The notes under the pieces: generated by a model
Database searches by the model: none
What the model saw: only the letters and a program-made list of their open reading frames with translations
What the model was told of the DNA's origin: nothing
Shown here: piece after piece, positions 53,565 through 61,887 of the stretch
How the letters are laid out: each line of letters starts with the position of its first letter
How positions within the stretch are numbered: the first letter of the stretch is position 1
Program-made: the position numbers and the translations under genes
Source: Bacillota bacterium
GTDB lineage: Bacteria > Bacillota > Clostridia > Christensenellales > SZUA-584
Length of the DNA: 64,000 nucleotides
Reading direction: 5' to 3'
NCBI GenBank assembly: GCA_023406895.1
Contig: JAEXTV010000030.1
Location: 13,921-77,920, forward strand

Positions 53565-54416
53565 TTACTTAGAGAGCGAGGGCAGGTATTTTTTTGCGAT
53601 ATCGAATTTACTAATGATAATGGGAGCAAAATTCAAAGTAGTAGGCACCATCTTTTTGGCAATTTGTTCATACCCGTAACAGATGAATGGATTAATGATA
53701 ATACAGTGTAAGGGAATACCTAAAAGAGATGCTGCACAAGCTTTATGATGACCATCAATGATAAAACAAATAAATTCGCTGAAATTATACACCACCGCTC
53801 GCGGCGGCGTTTTGGTTTTCTTGAAAACATCAATATAGTATTGAACTCTTTCATAATTCAAGCAGTCAGTATTTTGTGTTGGATACAAAAAGACAGGACG
53901 TCCGTCTACATACGTGTAATCATTTTCATATAGAGAAACCCCCGCTGTCGCCTGATTTTCTGTCGGCTCATTAGGAACGCTCCAAAAAAACCTTCCATTT
54001 CCATCTACGGGATAACAAATAGCATCGGCTATGACATACAACCCACTTTTCAATAGTGCTAATAATGGCTTAAGAGCTTTAATAGAAGCATCCAATGAAA
54101 CAAATTCTCTATTTACATTCTCGCGGATGGAGTGCAACTCGTTACAATTAGCTTTATCAATTCCATAGCCGGTTGCTAGAATGCTGCTGCATGTTGGACA
54201 GCCGGGTGAATCGATTTTAAGCAAAGGAATGTCGTTAAGCATCATCTGAGTCACAAACCGATAACCAAATTCTGAGTCAACAATGGTTGATGATCGAGAA
54301 GTAAGCTGCCCACTTCCATTTACATAAACTAATTTTGCAGCATTGAAAGAGGGAGTGTGGGAAATATCTAAATGGAGGTCAAACTCGTTAACTGTCAGTT
54401 TATCTTTAGATAGCAA
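53565..54416 (-). CDS. Hypothetical protein with a ParB/sulfiredoxin-like IIDGHHKACAASLLG segment
   Basis: TTG start 54416 with an AGGAGG RBS 9 nt upstream. AT-rich. No family recognised except the C-terminal DGHH(K/R)...A..LG-like motif and a CPTC pair. Confidence 0.55.
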   Translation of the reverse strand: MLSKDKLTVNEFDLHLDISHTPSFNAAKLVYVNGSGQLTSRSSTIVDSEFGYRFVTQMMLNDIPLLKIDSPGCPTCSSILATGYGIDKANCNELHSIRENVNREFVSLDASIKALKPLLALLKSGLYVIADAICYPVDGNGRFFWSVPNEPTENQATAGVSLYENDYTYVDGRPVFLYPTQNTDCLNYERVQYYIDVFKKTKTPPRAVVYNFSEFICFIIDGHHKACAASLLGIPLHCIIINPFICYGYEQIAKKMVPTTLNFAPIIISKFDIAKKYLPSLSK

Positions 54417-54460
54417 TAGAATTTACCTCCTCTTAAATATCACAACATTAATTATAATAT

Positions 54461-55024
54461 TTAACCTATCAGCTTCCCCAGCACCCACGCCATATTCTGC
54501 CCGAGATTGAGCATGTTGCGTATGCCCTCCTCATCGCCCAGCACATCGCCAACATCCTTGCCGTACACCATGTTCCAGTACGTCGAACCCACCACCACGA
54601 TCTCCTTGTTGAGCAGAAAATGATTCATCGTATCCACCGCGTTAAGCCCGCCGCTGCGCCGTACGGCACACACGCTCGCGCCCACTTTGTACCTTAAAAG
54701 CCCCGGGTTCATCGCCGCCACCACACCCGCACGCTCCAAAAACGCCTTCATCGTGGAAGTGACATCCGCCGAATACACGGGGGACCCGAGTAGCACGCCG
54801 TCGGCGCTTTTGAGCTTCTCGAAATATTCGCAGAACATATCCGTTTCAAATACGCAGTTTGCGCTGTGTTTGCACGCAAAACAGCCCCGGCACGGCGCAA
54901 TGGATTCAAGGCGAATCAGTTCCGTCTCAATGCCCTGCTCTTCCAGTTCCTCAAACACAATGCCCATAATCATGGCGGTGTTGCCGTTTTCGCGCGGGCT
55001 GCCGTTAAACCCGACGACTTTCAT
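54461..55024 (-). CDS. NAD(P)H-dependent FMN reductase / iron-sulfur flavoprotein family
   Basis: MKVVGFNGSPRENGNT flavodoxin-like motif and the Cys cluster CRGCFACKHSANC. Confidence 0.8.
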   Translation of the reverse strand: MKVVGFNGSPRENGNTAMIMGIVFEELEEQGIETELIRLESIAPCRGCFACKHSANCVFETDMFCEYFEKLKSADGVLLGSPVYSADVTSTMKAFLERAGVVAAMNPGLLRYKVGASVCAVRRSGGLNAVDTMNHFLLNKEIVVVGSTYWNMVYGKDVGDVLGDEEGIRNMLNLGQNMAWVLGKLIG

Positions 55025-55129
55025 TCCGTTCACCCCCGATTCCAGAATCATACTGTGAATTTCGACATGACTGCCCAAAAACCTTCAAAGAAGGGAAAAT
55101 GATCCGCATGCTAACGTCGGCCTGACGTA

Positions 55130-55164
55130 AAAAAATAGCCATACCGCACCGGCATGGCTAAAAA
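55130..55164 (-). terminator. Terminator of the XRE-membrane protein operon
   Basis: TAGCCAT ... ATGGCTA stem with an inner CCG/CGG. A-runs on both flanks give a U-tract on the minus strand. Confidence 0.65.
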
Positions 55165-55209
55165 GATGTCGTCTGTTAAAAAAGATGGAGCTTATCAGTG
55201 TGAGCGGCG

Positions 55210-55431
55210 TTATTTGATGCGCTGCAGCAGACCTTTCTTCCAGCCGCGAAAACGCTCAAAGCCAAATTTGGCAGCAATGGCTCCAAACAGGAGGCAGGCA
55301 GTGCTGAGGCCAAGCAGAAAGCCGCGCAAAGCTTCCGGCAGCGCCACAAAATGCCCCACGCCGAAATAAATAAACATGCCGATTGCGCCGATCATCATCG
55401 GCCAGTTTCCTTTGAAAATGTTTCGGTTCAT
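55210..55431 (-). CDS. Small membrane protein (2 TM)
   Basis: GAGAGGA RBS and two hydrophobic helices. Third gene of the XRE operon. Confidence 0.6.
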   Translation of the reverse strand: MNRNIFKGNWPMMIGAIGMFIYFGVGHFVALPEALRGFLLGLSTACLLFGAIAAKFGFERFRGWKKGLLQRIK

Positions 55432-55443
55432 CGTATTGTCCTC

Positions 55444-55893
55444 TCAGTATTTGATGTGGTAATAGATTTTAAGCGCGAGACGAATCAGCAGCAAAAACAG
55501 CGCAGTGCCCGCAAGCGAGAAAAACACGGTTTCGTTGAAATAGCCCGCCACAATGCCCGCGAGCAGCACAATGATGGTGCAGACGTACATCGCGTTACCG
55601 CCGATCTTCATCATGATCAGCTTGTGGCGCTCGTCGTTCTCGGCGTAATAAGCGGCTTTGAGCTTTTCCTCGTTTTTCAGCAGCCAGACAGACTTGACGA
55701 TGAAATAGATGAAGACGAGTCCGACCGAGAACAATATGCCCGTTTGGAAGCCGCGCAGGAACTCGGAAAATTCGCTCACCCAAATGGGGCGGAACGCGCC
55801 GTATTCGCCGAGCACAAGCAGCGTGGCCAATGCGATGACGCCAGCGCTGAGCACCGCAATTCTTGTTTTTAGCGAATCCTTATATTGCTCCAT
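55444..55893 (-). CDS. Membrane protein (4 TM), co-transcribed with the XRE regulator
   Basis: GGAGGA RBS. The ATG directly abuts the regulator stop (TAAATG). Confidence 0.65.
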   Translation of the reverse strand: MEQYKDSLKTRIAVLSAGVIALATLLVLGEYGAFRPIWVSEFSEFLRGFQTGILFSVGLVFIYFIVKSVWLLKNEEKLKAAYYAENDERHKLIMMKIGGNAMYVCTIIVLLAGIVAGYFNETVFFSLAGTALFLLLIRLALKIYYHIKY

Positions 55894-56100
55894 TTATATT
55901 TCCTCCACATCAGAAAAATCGAAAACGTCTTCTATGCTCATGTTGAAATACCGCGCGATTTTATAGGCGAGCACAAGTGACGCCGTGTATTTGCCGCACT
56001 CAATGGAGGTGATGGTTTGGCGTGTGGTGCCCACCGCCATGGCGAGCTCCTCCTGAGACAGCTTGTGCTTTTTACGCAGTTCTTTGATGTTTGTGTTCAA
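55894..56100 (-). CDS. XRE-family HTH transcriptional regulator (YozG-like, about 68 aa)
   Basis: IKELRKKHKLSQEELAMAVGTTRQTITSIECGKYTASLVLAYKIARYF. TTG 56100 lies 5 nt after GGAGGTG. The track start at 56133 would include the operator. Confidence 0.85.
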   Translation of the reverse strand: MNTNIKELRKKHKLSQEELAMAVGTTRQTITSIECGKYTASLVLAYKIARYFNMSIEDVFDFSDVEEI

Positions 56101-56114
56101 AAGCGCACCTCCTA

Positions 56115-56181
56115 TGCAAAGCAAGCTTTGCAAAATTAGTATAGTGCGCTTTGCTTAAAATGTCAAGCTGGCTTTGCAAAT
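56115..56181 (-). promoter_or_regulatory. Promoter (TTGACA-17-TATACT) with three TTGCAAAGC-type operator repeats
   Basis: On the minus strand, TTGACA (56166-61), 17-nt spacer, TATACT (56143-38). Perfect palindrome TGCAAAGC-AA-GCTTTGCA at 56115-32. Further GCAAAGC copies sit in the spacer and upstream (56171-81). Confidence 0.7.
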
Positions 56182-56298
56182 TTTTCCCCAACAGAAAAAA
56201 TTCAAATAATCTACTCGACAAATATATCAAATCCCTTACGAAAAAAGCCACACCGCATGTACGGTATGGCTCATTATGTCTCCTGTTATTCTAATTTC

Positions 56299-57690
56299 TT
56301 AAAACCGAACCTTCTCGGCGATGTACGCGCTCACCTTATCAATCCCGATGCGGATCTGCTGCATCGTATCGCGGTCGCGGATCGTCACCTGATTATCTTC
56401 GAGCGTGTCGAAATCCACCGTGATGCAGTACGGCGTACCGATCTCGTCCTGACGGCGGTAGCGCTTGCCGATGCTGCCCGTCACATCGAAATCCACCATG
56501 TGGTCTTTTAAGAGCATGTCGTACACTTCCTGCGCCTTCTCATTGAGCTGCTTTTGCTGCGGCAGTATCGCGGCCTTGAACGGCGCAAGCGCGGGGGAGA
56601 GGCGCAGCACCACGCGGGTATCGCCGCCTTCCAGCTGTTCTTCGTCGTACGCGTCGCAAAGGAACGCAAGCGCCACACGGTCGGCACCCAAGGAGGGCTC
56701 AATGCAGTACGGCAGGTACTTCTCGTTGGTGACCGGATCGATGTATTCGAGGCTGACGCCTGAGGTATCCATGTGCTGCTTTAAGTCGAAATTTGTGCGG
56801 TCCGCAATGCCCCACAGCTCGCCCCACCCAAACGGGAACAGGAACTCGATGTCAGTCGTCGCGTTGGAATAGTGCGAAAGCTCTTCGGGATCGTGATCTC
56901 TCAGTCGAACGTTTTCGTCCTTCATACCCAGCGAGAGCAGCCATTGGTGGCAGAAATTCTTCCAGTAGTTGAACCACTGCATCTCTTCGGCGGGCGCACA
57001 GAAGAACTCAAGCTCCATCTGCTCAAACTCGCGCGTGCGGAAGGTGAAGTTGCCCGGCGTGATCTCGTTGCGGAACGATTTGCCGATCTGCCCGATGCCG
57101 AACGGCACGCGCTTGCGTGTGGTGCGCTGCACGTTTTTGAAGTTCACGAATATGCCCTGTGCCGTTTCGGGGCGCAGGAATATCTCGCTCGCCGAATCCT
57201 CGGTGACACCCTGAAACGTTTTGAACATCAGGTTGAACTTGCGGATGCCCGTGAAGTTGCGCCTGCCGCACACGGGGCAGTTGATCTCCTTTTCAGCGAT
57301 AAACGATTCCATGTCTTCGGGCTGCATTGTCGCGACGTTGATTTCAATCTTTTTCTTGGCCGCGTATTCCTCAATCAGGTGGTCGGCACGAAAGCGTGCT
57401 TTGCACTCCTTGCAGTCCATCAGCGGATCAGAAAAGCCGCCCACATGGCCCGACGCCACCCATGTCTGTGGGTTCATAAGTATCGCCGAATCGAGCCCGA
57501 CGTTATACGGGCATTCCTTGACGAACTTCTTCCACCAAGCCTGCTTTACGTTGTTCTTAAACTCCACACCAAGCGGGCCGTAGTCCCACGTGTTCGCAAG
57601 GCCGCCGTAAATTTCCGATCCGGGGAATACATATCCTCTGTTTTTGCAGAGCGCGACGATGCGCTCCATCGTTTGCTTGTCTTTTTTCAT
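56299..57690 (-). CDS. glyQS: Glycine--tRNA ligase (homodimeric class II, GlyQS)
   Basis: [35 protein letters not shown]-terminus, class II motifs and an anticodon-binding C-terminal domain. GGAGG RBS before ATG 57690. Confidence 0.95.
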   Translation of the reverse strand: MKKDKQTMERIVALCKNRGYVFPGSEIYGGLANTWDYGPLGVEFKNNVKQAWWKKFVKECPYNVGLDSAILMNPQTWVASGHVGGFSDPLMDCKECKARFRADHLIEEYAAKKKIEINVATMQPEDMESFIAEKEINCPVCGRRNFTGIRKFNLMFKTFQGVTEDSASEIFLRPETAQGIFVNFKNVQRTTRKRVPFGIGQIGKSFRNEITPGNFTFRTREFEQMELEFFCAPAEEMQWFNYWKNFCHQWLLSLGMKDENVRLRDHDPEELSHYSNATTDIEFLFPFGWGELWGIADRTNFDLKQHMDTSGVSLEYIDPVTNEKYLPYCIEPSLGADRVALAFLCDAYDEEQLEGGDTRVVLRLSPALAPFKAAILPQQKQLNEKAQEVYDMLLKDHMVDFDVTGSIGKRYRRQDEIGTPYCITVDFDTLEDNQVTIRDRDTMQQIRIGIDKVSAYIAEKVRF

Positions 57691-57701
57691 TATGTCCTCC
57701 G

Positions 57702-57910
57702 AAATAAATAAAGCCATTTTGTCCACTCAACTGGGACGAAAATGACAATTTTCCGCGGTTCCACCCGTTTTGGCATAAAATGCCCGCTTTTTGATTTTCG
57801 GTTTTTTTATGAAGCGCCCATGAACCCTGCTGCCGCCGCGGGCTTTCACCCTCCCCGCGTCGCTTGGCCGGCATTTCTTTGGCCCATGCTCTTCGCCGAA
57901 ACGATATTTT
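57702..57910 (-). ncRNA. Glycine-specific T-box riboswitch leader
   Basis: All elements are on the minus strand. Promoter TTGCGA-17-TATAGT (57944-57916). GAAGAG K-turn-like base. GGUGAAAGC distal motif. GGC-GGC-A specifier candidate (57834-32). T-box GGGUGGAACCGCGG (57766-53) with a UGGA bulge. Antiterminator GCGGAAAAU/AUUUUCGU competes with terminator CAUUUUCGUCC ... GGACAAAAUG plus U-tract (57744-57702). Confidence 0.85.
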
Positions 57911-58184
57911 TTTTAACTATACCAAATGTAAAGCGCTTTCGCAAGAGCCCCTGCAGCGATTCTGCTCGTGTGCAGCATAAAATTATCTAGTCGATGCGTC
58001 GTGAGGGATTACGAAAAGGATATTGATTTTTTTTAAAAACATGTTATACTATAGCAAAACATAAACGCAAGGCATCGCGTATAATGTTTCAGGGGCCCGT
58101 TTTTTGCACGAAGATGTGGCAAAAAGAAAACTGCGGTTTTATAGGCTCCTAAGAGAAAATAGAATTAAATATGATTTTGTTACA

Positions 58185-58232
58185 AGGCTCAAAGATGAAC
58201 CAACGGTTTGTTTTTGAGCCTGTTTATTTTTT
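58185..58232 (+). promoter_or_regulatory. Leader terminator/attenuator hairpin upstream of amt-1
   Basis: AGGCTCAAAGATGAACC-AAC-GGTTTGTTTTTGAGCCT is a 17-bp stem with three G-U pairs, so it folds only in plus-sense RNA. GTTTATTTTTT follows. It ends about 60 nt before the amt-1 ATG. No plus-strand gene lies upstream. Confidence 0.6.
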
Positions 58233-58294
58233 CCGGAGGGCATTGTCTCTTTGGATAAAGATAACAGCCATTTAAGAGGGAGGGGCACATTAAT

Positions 58295-59530
58295 ATGGAT
58301 CATGGGGATGTGGCTTGGATATTAACGTCTTCGGCACTGGTTTTTATCATGACACCCGGTTTGGCGTTTTTTTACGGTGGCCTGGTCAAACGGAAGAATA
58401 TTATCAATACGATCATGTCGTCAGTATTAATGATGGGCATCGGTTCAATACTTTGGGTTTTAATAGGGTTTTCATTATCTTTCAGCGGCGATAATGCCGG
58501 AATTATTGGCAACCTCAATTGGTTTGGTCTCAACTTTGACGGATTTACGGATACCACGCTGCCCTACCCCAATACACTGAGTTTTGCGATATTCCAGATG
58601 ATGTTCGCGATCATCACACCCGCGCTGATTACCGGTGCCATTGCGGAGAGAATGAAGTTCTCATCGCTCGTCATTTTCTCCACGGTTTGGTCGATCATTG
58701 TCTATTATCCGCTTGCACATATGGTTTGGGGCGGCGGGCTATTGTACCAAATCGGATCAGTCGATTTTGCGGGCGGCAATGTGGTGCATATCAGCTCCGG
58801 CGTCAGCGCGCTGGTTCTGGTGCTGTTGCTCGGTAAGCGCAGCCACTTCGGACGGGCGACATATCACCCGCACAACGTATCCTATGTGTTTTTGGGAGCG
58901 GCACTGCTTTGGTTCGGCTGGTTTGGGTTTAACGGCGGCAGCGCGCTTGGTGCCAATGAGCTCGCCGTGCATGCCATGATAACCACGAACACTGCCGCAG
59001 CGGCCGCAATGCTCTCTTGGATGTTTATAGAAAAGGTCAAGCACGGTAAGCCCACCCTGGTCGGCGCATCGACAGGTATGGTCATTGGTCTCGTGGCGAT
59101 TACGCCCGGTGCGGGTTTCGTGCCGATATGGGCATCCATCGCAATCGGCGCACTTGTGAGCCCCATCAGCTATTTCTTTATCACAGCTGTCAAAAACAAG
59201 TTCGGTTATGACGACGCGCTCGATGTATTTGGCTGTCATGGCATCGGCGGCATCTGGGGCGGCATTGCGACGGGGCTTTTTGCTCAAACTTCAATCAATC
59301 CGCAGGCGGCATGGAACGGATTGGTGTTCGGTGATACCCATCTATTCTTTGCACAGATCGAAGCGATTAGTATAACTGTCGTGCTAGCAGTGGTAGGGAC
59401 ACTGGCCGCTGCGGGTATCGCGTCACTGGTGACCAGAGGTATCGGTGTATCAGTGAAAAATCAGGCAATTGGCCTTGATGCGTCGGAGCATGGCGAAACC
59501 GCTTATCCCGCGTTCAACGGTATGGATTAA
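58295..59530 (+). CDS. amt: Ammonium transporter (Amt family), copy 1
   Basis: AFFYGG, DFAGGNVVHISSG and HGIGGIWG signature segments. About 11 TM. GAGGGAGGGG RBS. Confidence 0.93.
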   Translation: MDHGDVAWILTSSALVFIMTPGLAFFYGGLVKRKNIINTIMSSVLMMGIGSILWVLIGFSLSFSGDNAGIIGNLNWFGLNFDGFTDTTLPYPNTLSFAIFQMMFAIITPALITGAIAERMKFSSLVIFSTVWSIIVYYPLAHMVWGGGLLYQIGSVDFAGGNVVHISSGVSALVLVLLLGKRSHFGRATYHPHNVSYVFLGAALLWFGWFGFNGGSALGANELAVHAMITTNTAAAAAMLSWMFIEKVKHGKPTLVGASTGMVIGLVAITPGAGFVPIWASIAIGALVSPISYFFITAVKNKFGYDDALDVFGCHGIGGIWGGIATGLFAQTSINPQAAWNGLVFGDTHLFFAQIEAISITVVLAVVGTLAAAGIASLVTRGIGVSVKNQAIGLDASEHGETAYPAFNGMD

Positions 59531-59552
59531 GACGAAAGGGAGTGGCTTGAAT

Positions 59553-59894
59553 ATGCAGAAAATTGAGGCGTATATCCGCCCTGAAAAATTAGAAGACGTG
59601 AAAGAAATTATGGACAGTTTGCATCTTAACGGTTTGAGCATGGTTGAGGTGATGGGCTGCGGCAATCAGAAGGGCTGGAAGGAATACGTACGCGGCACGG
59701 AAATTGATTATAACTTCTTAAGAAAGATAAAGATTGAGATGGTCGTGCTTGATGAGCAGGTGGAAGCTGTGGTGGAAAGCATTATGGATAAAGTATACAC
59801 GGGCGAATATGGTGACGGCAAGATATTCATTTACGATGTTAAAGATGCCATTCGCATTCGCACCAAGGAACGAGGAGAAGACGCAGTCAAGTAA
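59553..59894 (+). CDS. P-II nitrogen regulatory protein, copy 1
   Basis: MQKIEAYIRPEKLEDV ... GDGKIFIYDV ... IRIRT aligns along its full length with E. coli GlnB from memory. ATG 59553 follows a GGGAG RBS. Confidence 0.9.
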   Translation: MQKIEAYIRPEKLEDVKEIMDSLHLNGLSMVEVMGCGNQKGWKEYVRGTEIDYNFLRKIKIEMVVLDEQVEAVVESIMDKVYTGEYGDGKIFIYDVKDAIRIRTKERGEDAVK

Positions 59895-60010
59895 ATACTG
59901 ACCATATAATGTCACATGGCTCTTAAAGGGCTGAACACCGAAGCCGCCTGCATAATGGCGTGCAGGCTTATGGTCCGGCGCTTCGAATGTTCAATAGTCT
60001 GAGGGAATAA

Positions 60011-60061
60011 CAAGGCTCAAAGATGAACCGAAAGTGTTTGTTTTTGCGCCTTGTTCTTTTT
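60011..60061 (+). promoter_or_regulatory. Leader terminator/attenuator hairpin upstream of amt-2 (paralogue of 58185-58232)
   Basis: CAAGGCTCAAAGATGAAC ... GTTTGTTTTTGCGCCTTG followed by TTCTTTTT. The 20-nt block ACAAGGCTCAAAGATGAACC is identical to the amt-1 leader. Confidence 0.6.
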
Positions 60062-60125
60062 GTGAGAATCCCCACCGGCTTTAAGCGCCACCGGGGTGAA
60101 TATAAATCATTTTAAGGAGGTTAAT

Positions 60126-61472
60126 ATGGATACACAGGTGATTCTTGATACCCTATGGGTACTATTGGCAGGGATGTTAGTGTTCTTTATGAATCTGGGC
60201 TTCGCTATGGTGGAAAGCGGATTTGCCCGGGCAAAAAACACGGTTAATATTCTGTCAAAGAATTTCATCGTCTTTGCGGTTTCATCACTTGGGTTCTTGG
60301 TGCTTGGCTGGGGCTTGATGTTTGGTGATGGAAACGGTTTTATCGGGCTGAACGGGTTATTCATGGTCAGCGGCGCGGATAATTCGCCCGCGGTGGGAGA
60401 CGCATATCAGGGCGTGTACACGGCCATCTCGTGGACGGGTGTTCCGCTTTGGGCGAAGTTCTTCTTCCAGCTCGTGTTCTGCGGAACAGCGGCGACAATT
60501 GTTTCGGGCGCGGTGGCGGAGCGGATTAAATACATCTCATTCATCGTGTTCTCGCTGGCGCTTACAATGATCATTTACCCGATCGTGGGGCACTGGATAT
60601 GGGGCGGCGGCTGGCTCGCAAGCCTTGGATTTCAGGATTTCGCGGGTTCGACCGTGGTTCATTCAGTTGGCGGCTGGGCGGCTCTGGCGGGTGTGCTGAT
60701 ACTTGGGCCGCGCTTTGGCAAATACGGCCCCGGCAAGAAGATCAACCCGATTCCGGGCCACAATATGCCTATTGCGACGATCGGTCTGTTCGTGCTATGG
60801 CTCGGCTGGTTCGGGTTTAACCCAGGTTCCACAATGGCAGCCAATCCGCAGGCTATTTCTCACGTGCTGATGACAACAAACACATCGGCCATTGTGGCTG
60901 TGCTCACGTCTACGGCGGCATCGTGGATACTCATCGGCAAGCCGGATCTCGGCATGACGATCAACGGATGTCTCGCGGGCCTTGTCGCCATTACGGCAGG
61001 CTGCGCCTATGTGAGCGTCACCAGCGCAATTATCATTGGTGCTGTCGCGGGTATTATGGTTGTTATCGCGGTGCGCATGTTCGACCGCATCCGGGTTGAC
61101 GATCCGGTGGGCGCGACGGCCGTGCATCTGTTCTGCGGCGTACTTGGAACATTGATGGTCGGGTTGTTCAGCGATTCGACTATCGCGGCGGCGAACGGTA
61201 TCGTGGGCGGCAATGGTTTGTTTATCGACGGGACATGGAATCTGCTCGGTACACAGGCGCTGGGCGTCGTGGCAGTGGGCGGCTTTGTATTCGTGGGTGC
61301 GCTGATTGTCTGGCTGCTTATCAAGGCGACAATGGGTATGCGCGTATCGCTTAAGGAGGAGATCGAAGGCCTTGATATCGGTGAACATGGCAACCAGGCT
61401 TATCCTGAGTTTGTGATTCACCGTCCTTCGATGATTTCGGATATGTCCGTTCGTGTGGAAGAAAACAAATAG
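60126..61472 (+). CDS. amt: Ammonium transporter (Amt family), copy 2
   Basis: GFAMVESGF, DFAGSTVVHSVGG and VHLFCGVLG signature segments. AAGGAGG RBS before ATG 60126. Confidence 0.93.
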   Translation: MDTQVILDTLWVLLAGMLVFFMNLGFAMVESGFARAKNTVNILSKNFIVFAVSSLGFLVLGWGLMFGDGNGFIGLNGLFMVSGADNSPAVGDAYQGVYTAISWTGVPLWAKFFFQLVFCGTAATIVSGAVAERIKYISFIVFSLALTMIIYPIVGHWIWGGGWLASLGFQDFAGSTVVHSVGGWAALAGVLILGPRFGKYGPGKKINPIPGHNMPIATIGLFVLWLGWFGFNPGSTMAANPQAISHVLMTTNTSAIVAVLTSTAASWILIGKPDLGMTINGCLAGLVAITAGCAYVSVTSAIIIGAVAGIMVVIAVRMFDRIRVDDPVGATAVHLFCGVLGTLMVGLFSDSTIAAANGIVGGNGLFIDGTWNLLGTQALGVVAVGGFVFVGALIVWLLIKATMGMRVSLKEEIEGLDIGEHGNQAYPEFVIHRPSMISDMSVRVEENK

Positions 61473-61502
61473 TGAAATAGTAATTTTAAGGAGGTGGCTA
61501 TT

Positions 61503-61844
61503 GTGAAACACGTGAAAGCGGTAATAAGGCCAGAAATGCTGGAAGTTGTGCGCGGAGCGTTGGAAAAAACGGGCTGCTACCACGGTGTGACCATTACCGA
61601 AGTGATGGGGCACGGCAAGCAAAAAGGTGTGGTTCAGGTATGGCGCGGCGAGAAATTCCATATGGATCTGCTGCCTAAAGTCATGTTGGATATGGTTGTG
61701 AAGGATGAAGAAGTGCCCGTTGTCAAAAAAGTGATTCTCGAAAGCGCAGCAAGAGGAGAAAACGGAGACGGTAAGATATTCATATATGATGTCGCCGAAA
61801 TCATTCGTATCAGAACGGGTGAAGAGGGCGAAGACGCGCTCTGA
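61503..61844 (+). CDS. P-II nitrogen regulatory protein, copy 2
   Basis: (M)KHVKAVIRPEML ... GHGKQKG ... GDGKIFIYDVAEIIRIRTGEEGEDAL. GTG 61503 lies 8 nt after AAGGAGG. Confidence 0.9.
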   Translation: MKHVKAVIRPEMLEVVRGALEKTGCYHGVTITEVMGHGKQKGVVQVWRGEKFHMDLLPKVMLDMVVKDEEVPVVKKVILESAARGENGDGKIFIYDVAEIIRIRTGEEGEDAL

Positions 61845-61857
61845 TAATATGCTCTGA

Positions 61858-61887
61858 AGGACGTCGCACAACGCGGCGTCCTTTTTT
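61858..61887 (+). terminator. Intrinsic terminator of the amt-2/PII operon
   Basis: GGACGTCGC-ACAAC-GCGGCGTCC stem followed by TTTTTT. Confidence 0.85.

Noticed and set aside
56872-57711. 279-aa plus-strand ORF inside glyQS
   Set aside because: A shadow ORF opposite a highly conserved aminoacyl-tRNA synthetase gene.
58041-58062. ATGTT-N12-AACAT inverted repeat over the putative amt-1 promoter as a GlnR/TnrA site
   Set aside because: The GlnR/TnrA consensus is TGTNA-N7-TNACA. The spacing here is wrong, and no equivalent site precedes amt-2.
60795-61871. 358-aa minus-strand ORF spanning amt-2 and PII-2
   Set aside because: A shadow ORF. It crosses an intergenic region and two well-supported plus-strand genes.
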